A DNA stretch of 64,000 bases from Podarcis vaucheri (lineage: Eukaryota): assembly GCA_965113315.1 (NCBI GenBank), contig OZ220365.1. The stretch is one strand, 5' to 3'. Below, one piece after another: positions 22,650 to 34,239 of the stretch (positions are counted from its first letter, which is position 1; each line of letters opens with the position of its first letter). The notes below the pieces were generated by a model. That model was not told the origin of the DNA. It ran no database searches and saw nothing but the letters and a program-made list of their open reading frames with translations. Made by a program: the position numbers and the translations under genes.

Positions 22650-24002
22650 AGAGAATTCTAGGTCAGTTTGTAATGCATTACCTATGAAACAGTTCATTTG
22701 CCTGATAAATGTAAACATGAAAATGTAAAGCTTAAACATGCAAATATAAAATGGAAGCTACACCTTAATGCAAGACCCTTTACCTAAAGACCTCATTGCA
22801 CTGTTTTATAGCAAAGTATTTTGTGATCAGGCGTGTTTCCTATTATAATGGTTTAGCCAACTCTGTTGTAGCCAGCACATAGTAAATACAAAATAATCTG
22901 GTGTTTTGATTGCTGAACTTCTTTTTGAAAAGAAAACTGTATTTATTGAGTTTCCTTAAAGGAACATGCCAAGAAATGTAGCAAATGTAGACGGGTGGGA
23001 GTGGGAGTACAGCAATGGACTAAATTTTAAAAATAAACCCAAAACAGAACATAAAAACATATAACCCAAGGTATAGGTTAAGAAAACAGAGTTAGATGGC
23101 AATAGAAAAACTCCAGTCAGCAAGATACAATATATAACGGATCAATAAAGCATTAGTCTTTCTCACTGAACGCTCACCGCCTTCCAGCTTCTTTAACTTA
23201 TGAACCTAGAACTTGATCTTTCAATAAAGACTAGGGCTTTTATATTGCAGGAGTTAAACATATATATATTGAATGAGTTAAACTTCTGGGCCTTACATGT
23301 TCTGCACCTCCTGTATTCCTTCCTTATGGCCTCCACCTATTTTATTCCCAAACATCTCACTTATTTTGCATGCTGTCTTGCCTCCTGCTACAAAACTGAG
23401 AAGAACTGAAAACCAATAAGGTCTAACTTGCCAGCATATATACAATGTTGTGTGTCTCCCGTGTGAATGTTGATTCCTGTGTACCTAGATCACCACAATC
23501 TCGGAAGAGAGTCTCGAAAGATCAGGGCTGATACAATATCATGCTGCTATCTAAGCCCAAGGTCTGCCCTCTTCTCTTCAATGCGCAGAAGCCAACCAGA
23601 CAGGCAGTGCACATAACATTTCCACAACACCCAAAGGCAGCAGGTTTGCTTGTGGGACAGAGACCAGACCACATGTCACACACAGATGCCCTCTAACAGC
23701 TTGCCATTGCTCCCTATTCCTCCAGTATCTACCGCTTGACATGGCAGCCTCATTCTGTCCAATGACAGGATCAGCTCTGAGAATCCCTCTTTCATAGTAC
23801 ATGTCTCACTGGCCCTGCTCCATGCCCTCTCTGAATGCTTTTGCTTGGCTGCAGTGTGTTCTTAATTGTGATAATAGATCTTGCTTGTCTAGTTTGAAGT
23901 GGGGGGCATGTGGATAGAAGAATCTGACTCTTGCATAGCTAACATCCGTCACGTATGTTGCTCCATCTACTTTTGCCTCTGGTCACACCCACTTTTTGCT
24001 CT

Positions 24003-24447
24003 GGAGGGTAAGACCCGAACCAATGGTTTCAAGCTGCAAGAAAGGAGATTCTGACTAAATGTCAGGAAGAACTTTCTGATGGTAAGAGTTGTTTGACAGT
24101 GCAATGGACTCCCTCAAGAGCGTGGGCATAGCCAAGGGGGGGGGGCAAGGGGCAGCTGCCCCCCCATAAATACAAATCAATACAAATATGAGATTGCCCC
24201 ACAACTAAAGCCTGCTCCCCTAACAATAATCCTTAATCTTAATACTATTATGTATATAGTACATTAACTGACTTTACCCCATAAAATAGCAATATATACA
24301 TGATCCTATATATAAGACATAATACATTTATGTTTAATTATACCCATGCTTAGGAGGTTGTGGACTCTCCTTCCTCGCAGGGTTTTAAGCAGAGGTTGTG
24401 CTACATGACCCTTCGGGTCCCTTTCAACTCTACAATTCTTTCATTCT
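24003..24447 (+). mobile_element. CR1 LINE 3' end, split by a hAT insertion
   Basis: GRTRTNGFKLQERRF-like coding tail, then GGACTCTCCTTCC..AAGCAGAGGTTG and the terminal CCCTTTCAACTCTACAATTCT. Confidence 0.85.
24121..24348. mobile_element. hAT non-autonomous element nested in CR1
   Basis: Ends CGTGGGCATAGCC...TACCCATG. TSD CTCAAGAG/CTTAGGAG (6/8). CR1 sequence resumes seamlessly after it. Confidence 0.75.
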
Positions 24448-27400
24448 CCGACTTCCCCTTGTATATAAGTATTTATATAAACAAGTAATTGTGTGCTATA
24501 TGACTTCCTAATGCCTTATCAAAAAGTCAATGCGAATGTAATGAGAGAAAATGGAACAATGAATCGGCAATAAAATATCTCACCCTAACCGTTGAATACA
24601 GCAATGTGGTTGATTAAAGGTAGTTTAAACATGCAAAGATGTTTAACTGGAAAGGGGGGAAATGCCACTTCTCCTGCAGTTTAGAACAGAATGGAATGGT
24701 GTGAATGAATGGAAAGGTTTTCTGTCCAGCAATGGATCAATAGAAAAGAGGGAGATTGTTGTTGTTTTTTGCTGACTCTCCTTCCCCCTGTAGAGGCTCT
24801 CCCAATTCTGCAAGGCAGAGCTTCAGTCAGTGGAAGAGGCTGCAAGAAGAGGCACAAATCATTTCTGCATATCAAACAGAGATGTAGTGTCCTTTCTGAG
24901 AGTAGAATTCTGTTCACAGAATCTTGGGATCCAAGCCATTGCTGCAAGGTGGATAAGAGAACCTTTTTATTTGTGGTGCAAAGTATCCTAGCTATAAATA
25001 CCAATACTTTTCTTTCCCAGTAGGGATGATTAAAAAGGAAGCACTGGCTTCCCATTTGAAGAGTCAGTCAAACATGGCAGGACATGAAGGTGACATTTGA
25101 ACACTAAGTGCCAGTAAGCAGAAAGCTGTACCTGAGTGAGAATGACTCATTCATCACAGGAAAGGGGATATTCATTTTACTAAGTGTAATTGGGGGCACA
25201 CAGCTGAAGTCCTAAGTCACAAAACTGAATTTGGAACTCTACAGAATGAACGATTATTAAAGTCCTAAGTAAATACTGCAATTTTTTTGAAGTTGAGGTG
25301 ACTTTATTGGAGGGGCATACTAAAAAGAATGATGCCCAATTGCTAACGGAGTGCATAGTTTCTGTGGATATCCTTTTTGGTAGTGCTTCAAAGGGGCCTG
25401 ATATAACACAAGTTTTGTTGCTCCCCAGTCTGATGATTTCAATTCATTCCCCCTGCTGTGTAGTTGCATATCATAGAGATGCCAGATGTCCCTTCGATTT
25501 AAGGACATCTCTCATTTTAATGGGGATTGTCTCTTAATCCAGAACAGCATTGCCTGGTACAATATGATGGATGTCTCTCATTTCAGAAGGCTATATATAG
25601 CTCAAAATTCTGTCGAGGAAACATCTCAGCTCTGCAGCATCCCTTATTGGGGGGGGGGATTTGATATGGCAATTCTGCCATGTCATGACAAGGCCACGGA
25701 TGACATTTACTGGAGCTTGTACAACTGGTATTGCATGCCAGCATCTCCTTCCACTCTTGAAAACCAGCCATCAGTTGATGAGCCTTCTGCCACAATGAAT
25801 TGCTGCCTGGGGGAATCATTGCCAGACTGCAACAAGCCTGTATGGGAATACAGATACTAAAAAATGAACCAGAGCAAACAAGATGCAGAGGTTCTATGTT
25901 TCTGAACATTTCCATCAATGAAGTTATGTGGTGTCTTTCCTTTGTGGTGAATAATTTGCCTAAACCTCCAGTTGCTACAGGTCAATAGGGTTGCTAGATC
26001 TGACTCCAAGGTCCTTAGGTCCATGCTAATCAACAGTGCTCTTCTCTATCCAATCCATTGAATGGATGAAGCAGACACTGCTTAGCATAATTCTAGAAAA
26101 GCAGAAGGACTTTGGGACTGTTTCATTTTAAAGATTACAAATTCTTAATGGAATTTGTTTCAGTTGTTGGGAATGTTCCTGCCTGAAGCCACAGAACTGC
26201 AGTTTTAGTTCTCTGGTACACTGAAGATCCTGTGTTGAGCAGAGGACTGGATCACTGCCAAAGCCCTTTCCTAGTCCTTTATTTCATTATCAAATTGAAT
26301 TTGGTGGTGTGCAGAATATGACATTAGTGCTGTGCCGAAAGCTATTCTCTAATTTATTTAAAAAAAAAAATTCCTATGCAAAAGAGGTGTTTCCGCCTCT
26401 TTCTCAGGGCACTTCACAATTTCTGAATAATTTCAGTGTGAGCTGGTTGAGTTTACCTTATCGTTGCAAAGTGGCCATGAGTGTGTGCATTCTTCTTTTC
26501 TGCACTCTGCAGCCTCTCCAACCGCCTTTATCTCCTGATCTGAAAAAGCCCCATGAATGGATCACATGCCATTCAGGTGATCTTTGGTTTCCCCATACCC
26601 TGCAATGCAAGTGAGACAAAAACATTCCTCTCTTAACTTTTACACAGCCTGGTTGGTTACAGTTTTGGCATTGTTTTCTGTTTGGATAACCGTGTTGTCC
26701 CAGCCAATCAGATGCAGCTGCATGGTGAGATCGCAGAGTATAAATGAAGCTAGTGCAGAATGAAAGCAATGCCTTTTCAGGAAGCACCACCCTCACTCTG
26801 AGCAGCTTTGTCTGCTATTCAATGATATAGACACGTAGCTGAATTTGATTCTGCATGGCACCATTGCTACTAGGAAGAAGAAGTGGAGAGCTAATTTCCA
26901 ATACAAAATGGCACTGAAGCTGCACCTAACTGGACCTGTGAACTGTTCCAAATCAGCATGAGAAAGAGGTGCTTTAAATGGTCTTTCAGGAAACTTTTTA
27001 ATGTAAAAAAAAGTTCAGTGGGGAACAGCACTAGTATTTGGTTTATAATTGTTTTAATATTGAGAATAAAAAAAAAGTGTTGAGAAAGAAGGGCAGAGAG
27101 TGTGGGAGTGAGGCATTTCCCCCTGCCCCCGGCATCTCACAATTCGCATTTGACCAAGCTGTGACAAACCAGTAGTGACAGTATGCACAGTGGTAAGGGA
27201 AACAGCCTGGTACCCACACACAATGACGATGAATCATTAACGCTCATTCAGAATCCACATGCACTTTCTGGTTTCAAAGAAACCTCAAGGCAACAAAAAG
27301 CAATGCAATACTCCTTGGTGTCAGTCATTCTTTTCTTCTATACTGTTCAGTAATAGGGCTTATTTTATATATTTGAAAAACCTTGTAAGTACCTCCAACC

Positions 27401-28116
27401 AATTAGTAATACTAATAGAGTTCCATTTTCAACTAGGCTCCGTAATACTGCAATCCTACACCCACTTACTTGGGAGTAAGCCTCCCAGAACTCACTTGCA
27501 TAGTATTGCATTGCAAGTATAATAAAAGAGAGAAAGTGATTGTGATATATCTTAAAGTGCACATCTACTTAGTGGACTTACTCCCATGTAATTGTGTATA
27601 GAACTGCCTGTATGCAGGGCAATCCTAACTCTGAGTGGGGGATGATTGGAGTAGTAGAGCTGCCACTACATTTGAAACCTTGCCAGCTCCTACTAGTCAG
27701 GCCAACTGGTAATGGGCCAATATAGGATCTGTAAGATCCTTTGTCAGCTAAGACCCACCTTGCCCCAGTACGTCCTGTTTTGAGGCCCTACACCAGCTAT
27801 CACCAGAATGGGAGGCCTGTCTAATATAGTTTTCCACCCATGCAGGTGGAGGTCAGGTATCATTCTAACCTCCCTCCCTTCATATTTATTAATCTTAATC
27901 TTTGGCAATGTGGCCACATGCAACTCCCTGAATGTATTATTTTAATGGAGGGTTCTTAATTATCTGAACCCCATTACCATTACAATCCTATGCACATGTA
28001 CTTGGGCATAAGAGTACAACTGAAACCAGCATTTGAGTTGAGCAAAATGCCCTGTAGCTAACAGACCACATCAGTATCCTGGACTTTAGCACCAGCAGGT
28101 GACCACAGAGAGTATA

Positions 28117-28461
28117 CAGTGGTGCCCCGCAAGACGAATGCCTCGCAAGATGAAAAACTCGCTAGACGAAAGGGTTTTGCGGTTTTTGAGCTGCTTCGCA
28201 AGACAAATTTCCCTATGGGCTAGCTTCACAAGACGAAAACGTCTTGCAAGTTTGTTTCCTTTTTCTTAACACCGTTAATACAGTTGTGACTTGACTTCGA
28301 GGAGCAACTCACAGAACGTGGTGTGGTAGCCTTTTTTGAGGTTTTTGGTGATTTTTGAAGCTTTTCCAATACTTTTCCGACACCATGCTTCGCAAGACGA
28401 AAAATTCGCTAGACGAAAAAACTCGCGGAACGAATTAATTTCGTCTTGTGAGGCACCACTG
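28117..28461. mobile_element. Tc1/mariner pogo/Tigger-type MITE, 345 bp
   Basis: TIRs CAGTGGTGCCCCGCAAGACGAA / TTCGTCTTGTGAGGCACCACTG, TA TSD on both sides, multiple internal CGC(A/T)AGACGAA repeats. Confidence 0.93.
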
Positions 28462-29008
28462 TATATCCCTCCACACCTAAACCAAGATACCATTTTCATT
28501 TGTCTTGGAAGCAAAATGATTTTGTTGTTGTTAAACCATGCCACCACTTTGAATCTGCTAAAGAGAGAGGTGACCATATTGCCATACCTGTTGTGGACAT
28601 TGACAGCATCTGTGCATCCAACACTTATCAAAATTAAAAAAGAAGCCAACTCTATTACTGATGTCTTCTGAGCCCCTGAGCACTGACCCAACATTATTTG
28701 GATGCTTTCTTGTTTATGAATGGACAGCCAATTTGCTCTAGTGAACCAAGCTGGAGTGCAGAATATCTGCACATTTAACATCCAATAACTTTTGCCTCCT
28801 TATTTTCTTTTGGGTTTGCAGCCGTACGCTAATAGCTCTTGTGCAAGGATCCTGTCAAAATCAGGCTTCCAGATCCCAACATGGAATCGTTGTCTTCTCC
28901 ATAAAATTAGATAGTTTTACTTTATCTTGAATAACGTGTTCTAAGATGCTGAATCATCACATCCAATTCCAGAAAGTCATACAGAAGCTTTGCTGATCCC
29001 ACATAGTG

Positions 29009-29144
29009 CAGTGATGGCCAAACTTGGCCCTCCAGCTGTTTTGGGACTACAATTCCCATCATCCCTGACCACTGGTCCTGTTAGCTAGGGATGATGGGAA
29101 TTGTTGTCCCCAAGCAGCTGGAGGGCCAAGTTTGGCCATCACTG
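29009..29144. mobile_element. hAT MITE, 136 bp, near-perfect palindrome
   Basis: Arms CAGTGATGGCCAAACTTGGCCCTCCAGCTG / CAGCTGGAGGGCCAAGTTTGGCCATCACTG. Perfect TSD ACATAGTG (29001-29008, 29145-29152). Confidence 0.95.
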
Positions 29145-30736
29145 ACATAGTGAAACAATGAGATCAATGGAAGCAGAATGGACAACACAAGAATGGACAA
29201 CACAAGCACATCGTTTCAGTTTCTAATTCCTATTATTTGGAAACTACGGTATTGAAGACATATTCCAACATACTTCCCCAGATGGATGAATAGGTCTCTA
29301 CAACAAATGTCTACTTTTCATTTTGTTTATTTGCTGTTTTTGTGTTCTTAATGGCTTTTAATTATCTTTAGTGTGCATAGCCTCAAGGTGGTTGTTTAGA
29401 AAGCAATTACTAAATCAGTTACATTATTATTATTGTTGTTATCATGATCATGTAATCCATAGCATAATGTAGATTCCGATAAACGCATGAAAGTCTTCTG
29501 CTTACAAGAGTTAGCCTATGAAAAGATCAGTTCCACACACGCAAAGAGAATTGTGCATCGAGATGGGCTTCCTACAACAAAGTGCAGCCATTGTAAGTGG
29601 GGTGGGGGGGTCAACCTTTGCTTCAAAAACCTGGCACTGAATTGCTAGGTGAGCAGGACAGCAGCCTAGAACCTCCTTAAACAGTTACAAAACATTCCCA
29701 TGGCTTTGGAAACCTGAGCAATTCATAACATTGTTTCTGGTAATGGGTAAGAACCAGTTCAATAGCTGTCATACTTATTATACCCAAAGCCGAGCTTTGT
29801 TGCAATGTGCAAACCAAATCACCAAGCACAATAGAATAATGTCTGCTAGTGTCTGTGGGCGATGAGTCTAATAATGATGAGAGAAAAAGTCCTTTTCATA
29901 CAGTTGATGCTCCTTTCAGTTGGCTTATTGGCCATATCAAGTTAAATGTTAATTGCAGGCTACAGAGAGGTTACTTATCCCTTTGTAATCAAATATCTCT
30001 TTCATTAACTACCTGTGCAACAGTATACCTGCTATTCAACGTCTGACTGGCCCTTTTGTTTCCAGAGCACCAGCAAGCAAGTGGGCAGGAGCTGAGATGT
30101 CTTAAAAGCCATGCCAGGATTGGGCGGAGGATGGCAAGGCACGAAAATTCATTTTAAGCTTTGACTACAACAAACTAAACATTACACGGAAGGGTAAAAG
30201 GCCAAGATATAAGAAAAATGTAAAGATTTTAGTCTTCGGGAAAGACTATTGGAGCCAGAGAACTCACAGAAATGAAATACAGCCTCTTTCTCATAATTAC
30301 TTTCTCATTACTTGCTGACCTCCAGAATGACCTTGGTCAGTTCATTTTCCTCTTTCTGGCCAAAGCATTCCAATTGTGATTTTTCAAACGAGGCACCAAT
30401 TTTTCTTCTTAGATGCCATAGGAGAGAGAGGGGGAAGGAGGGTGTATATGTTTAATGGGATTGCCACCCCACTTGAATTTTATTTTATTTTGCCATAATT
30501 TTGTCCTTTGGCCATTTGCCAGAACTAAAGGAGGAAGAGGCTGTGAGCCATAGCACACACCTCTGCTGAGGACATTACATAATTGGATAGTGGTGACGGA
30601 AACTTCTGCACTGAAGGTTGTGTGTTGTGCAGGAGAACACAGACACACTATGCTGCCATGTGATGCTCTTCCCCACCCTCCCATACACCCAGGTTCATGG
30701 AAAATCCAAGTGTATGTGGTGTATGTGGTCATTTAC

Positions 30737-31036
30737 CAGCTTGACAACAGTAGCCCGTGCTTTGGGAACCTCAAGGTTGGATTACTGCAATGTGCTCTGC
30801 ATGGTGCTAACCTTGAGATTGTTCTAGAGGCTTCAGCTAATGCAGGGCAACTGTGCTGCTTGTGGGGGCAAACCACCACCAGCATAAAACACTTTTTTGC
30901 AGGATTTACACTGGCTGCCAGACTGCTACTGGGTCAGGTTCAAAATTTTGGTACAAACATGAAAAGTCCTATACAGTTCAGAACCAGGTTACTTGAGAGA
31001 CCATCTGACCCTTTATATTCCCAGCAAGTCACTGTG
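30737..31036 (+). mobile_element. L2-clade LINE ORF2 C-terminal fragment
   Basis: LTTVARALGTSRLDYCNVL..RLQLMQ..LHWLP..RFKILV..PGYLRDHL, which include the SRLDYCN and LHWLP motifs typical of L2. Confidence 0.85.
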
Positions 31037-31046
31037 TTTTGTGAGT

Positions 31047-31105
31047 AATAATAATAATTTATTATTTATACCCCAGCCACTCTGAGCGGCTCCCAACAGA
31101 ATATT
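31047..31105 (-). mobile_element. Short L2-type LINE/SINE 3' tail
   Basis: (AAT)n followed by TTATTATTTATACCCCAGCCACTCTGAGCGGCTCCCAAC. Confidence 0.55.
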
Positions 31106-31979
31106 CTTATTAATAATAAAAAAGCAATAAAACGTCCTAGTCACAGGGCAGGTAAATCAGCAAGGCCAGTGGATATACCAACTCTTTTCCCAGGAGTAAA
31201 GTGTCTTGTGGTCATCTCAGCCCAAGCTACCGATCAAACATCCTAGCACATCTGGGTCCACTGCCATTTTGAGCAAGCAGGCCAAAGGTCTACATAATCT
31301 AGCCCTGTTCAGATATTAGACATAGGAGGGTTAAAGCATGTGGTGAGTGTGTGGGTGCATGCCAGCCTTTTTTCCAGCATCCCCTCATGCACATACATAC
31401 CCTCACTACCACCCAAGTTCCCCCTCACTGAGGGAGAAGATCCTTTGGCTTAGTGCACTTATGATTCTACCCATGACTTCCCAGTTCTATCAATGTGCTA
31501 TGGGGAGCATGCCGATCACATGCAGCCAAATGTGCAAAAAACCCCAACAACCATTCTTTAGTTCTTCTACCCAATAAGCAGATGTCTGAGGCTCCAGTCA
31601 GTGAAGACTAGGGTCTTGGGTGCAGGATTGACATGTGTAGCCCTGTTCCACCCTCATCACCATTTCAGGTGAATGCCTGGATAGGACTTTTGATTATCAC
31701 TAGGATTTTCCAGGCACAACCCTTATTTTCTGCCTCCTGTCCCTGGTCAATCTTTGTCCCTATTTTGTATTTTGGAGATATTTTTAAATTGCAGAACGCT
31801 TTTTTAAAACATTCCTTGTTCAAATTGCTAATTGTCTGCCTGAATTGCCCTCACCCAGTTTACCTAGAAATTAAAATCACTAGGAGAGGAACTCCCTTGC
31901 ATGACTATGTAAATATAAGCTACTTCAGTTTGGTACATTACCATTACCTATTAGCATTATACAGAGAAGGCTTAAAACT

Positions 31980-32083
31980 TTGTTGTTGTTGTTTAGTCAT
32001 TTAGTCGTGTCCGACTCTCCGTGACCCCATGGACCACAGCACGCCAGGCACTCCTGTCTTCTACTGCCTCCTGCAGTTTGGTC
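31980..32083 (-). mobile_element. 5'-truncated Bov-B (RTE) 3' end
   Basis: (TTG)n tail plus TTTAGTCGTGTCCGACTCTCCGTGACCCCATGGACCACAGCACGCCAGGCACTCCTGTCTTC. TSD AAAACT (31974-31979, 32084-32089). Confidence 0.88.
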
Positions 32084-33653
32084 AAAACTAGTGACTGGCA
32101 AATTCACATAAGCATGATCTGAAATCACTTTTATATTTATAGATATTTGGGGAGAGGAGATTGTTTTGAGAGTTTTCTTCCAGCTCATAAAGTGGGTTGT
32201 AGGCTTGCCTCTGCTGAATAGCAGAGTGCAGTGCAAAAATGTGTCCTCACTAATGGCTACACATTGGTCATGATGCATTATGTCTCCCCCTTCTTTCCCT
32301 CACAAACACACTATCCCTGGATGCTAATAACCTCAGATTCAGAGGCAACTTGCAAGGTAAGCAGGTGTGCTTAGTTGCTGAGCTGTGTTGATGTTCCAGG
32401 GGTCATTTTTTGGTGCCTATTTTGCATTTTAGATGCAAATTGACCACATAATATAAGCCTGGAAGTTTATATTAGAAAAGGATGTTATTTTGTAAGTGGT
32501 AAGAACTTGACAAACACACACACACACTGCTCTGCATAATAAATATTAGTTAATTCATAGTTCACCTATATTTGCTCCTGCGGCTTGGTCTTAGGATAAC
32601 TATAAACATCTTCCAGTTCACTAGTGGACTGTATGATTTTTAAGCTGCTGCTTTCCCAAAACGATGTTGCAGCTAGATCTATCTATGATCCATCTCCATT
32701 GGCTTATGCACTGGAGGGAAATGCACAGGGCAGTTTTAAAGTCCCCTAATTTGTCATTGTTACTATATCTTTCATTCATGAATCACTCCCTATGAAGTAT
32801 CTCAAAGAGATATTACAATACAATTGGAATACAATTTATAAACTTTTATAAAGAGTTGCATATCTAAAAACAATTGAAATAATTTCCTATGCAAAAAGTT
32901 ATGGTATTGCTACAGCAACAAAAATAAGATGTTGCCTTGTTGCAGCTACACTAATAGATCCTATTGTGCCTGCAGCAGTCACTGCCCCAGATGTGGCTTA
33001 ATGGAATGACTGAAAACAGATGACATCCAGCTGTTCCATCTGAATTGGGAAAGAATGGTCAGAATTGGAAGAAATTTTCAGATATGGTAACTCATTCTGA
33101 ATATATGACGCCTGCCACGATTCAGACAAATAGGTGCAGGGGCTTCTGTGCTAGGGAACACTTATAAGTTTGTTTTATCTTTCAGCGTCAGATAAGATTC
33201 ACAGGAATACTTACCCCTTTTGCCAAATTTCAGGAGGATAGGATCAGAAGGGGCTTCTGCAAGGCAAATCTTTAAAGTTTGGAATAAGAGATTTACATCA
33301 CCTGTGGTTTTTGTACAAAAATAACACATATCACAGATGCTGCTAGGCAAATACCTTGCAACATATTGTAAGGGTAGGTGGAGGGGTTAGAAAGTCATGA
33401 TGAATCAAAGACAGTTTTAGAGTTTGTTTTAATTTCTGCTCCACTAATAAGTTCTTCCTTCTACACTGTGATGAGAATCCAAAAGGAAAGCCTTGGTAAA
33501 GTCATTCGCTGGTTAGAAGCTAAAGCTGTCGCTCACAACACTACAGTTCTCCTCTACCTCCCAGGCTCCCCTCCCACCTACCTGTTGCCTTTTATGATCA
33601 GCTTGGAGGGAAAATATAACTATTTCAAACAGATAGTTTGAGAGGGCCTTTCA

Positions 33654-34239
33654 CAAACGAACGTGTTTGCATTAGGGGATGTCCTGAAGTAGAGGACATT
33701 ATGCATTATATCTTGCACTGCCCCTTATATAATGAAGCAAGAGAACGATTTTTAGCACATATAAGGACAAGGTCCTCTGGCCAGAACCCCTCTGACATGA
33801 TTTTATATCTCCTCACAGACATAGATAAGTATGTGACTTGGTGTGTAGCACTCTTTGCAACTGCCGCTAGGAAAATTAGAGCAAATTATATAGCCAAGAT
33901 AGCCACCATCTGAAAGGAGATGATTTTATTTGACCCTATCTACATCAAGCTATATTCTGACTTTATCACCAAACTCCAAATATAATTGCACATTGTATTA
34001 ATTAACATTATTTTTTAATATATTAGTGGCCATTTTAGCCTATAAATTTTATTGTTTAATGTCTTAACCTGTATATTAAGGTATTTTATAGCTCTGTTTA
34101 GAATAGGTAATGTTTTGATAATATAAATGTTTTAAGTTTTTTGTATTAGTCTAGCATATTTTCTTTTAATTGTTGAATGGTTCTGTGTACATTGCAGCAG
34201 CCTTTGGCTATGTGCAATAAAACTGACTGACTTATTGAC
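33654..34239 (+). mobile_element. 5'-truncated non-LTR retrotransposon (RTE-X-like) with C-terminal CCHC knuckle and long AT-rich 3' UTR
   Basis: ERVCIRGCPEVEDIMHYILHCPLYNEAR.. ORF to the stop at 33913, then AATAAA and a (ACTG)n tail. 15-bp TSD TGAGAGGGCCTTTCA (33639-33653, 34240-34254). Confidence 0.85.

Noticed and set aside
28117-28461. CRISPR-like repeat-spacer array (CGCAAGACGAA repeats)
   Set aside because: Short, irregularly spaced subterminal repeats of a Tigger-type MITE in a vertebrate genome.
28275-28781. 168-aa ORF as a transposase
   Set aside because: Runs across the MITE boundary and has no DDE/D or HTH features.
33590-33640. LEGKYNY as upstream continuation of the CCHC LINE
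   Set aside because: It lies outside the 15-bp TSD that defines the insertion's 5' end.
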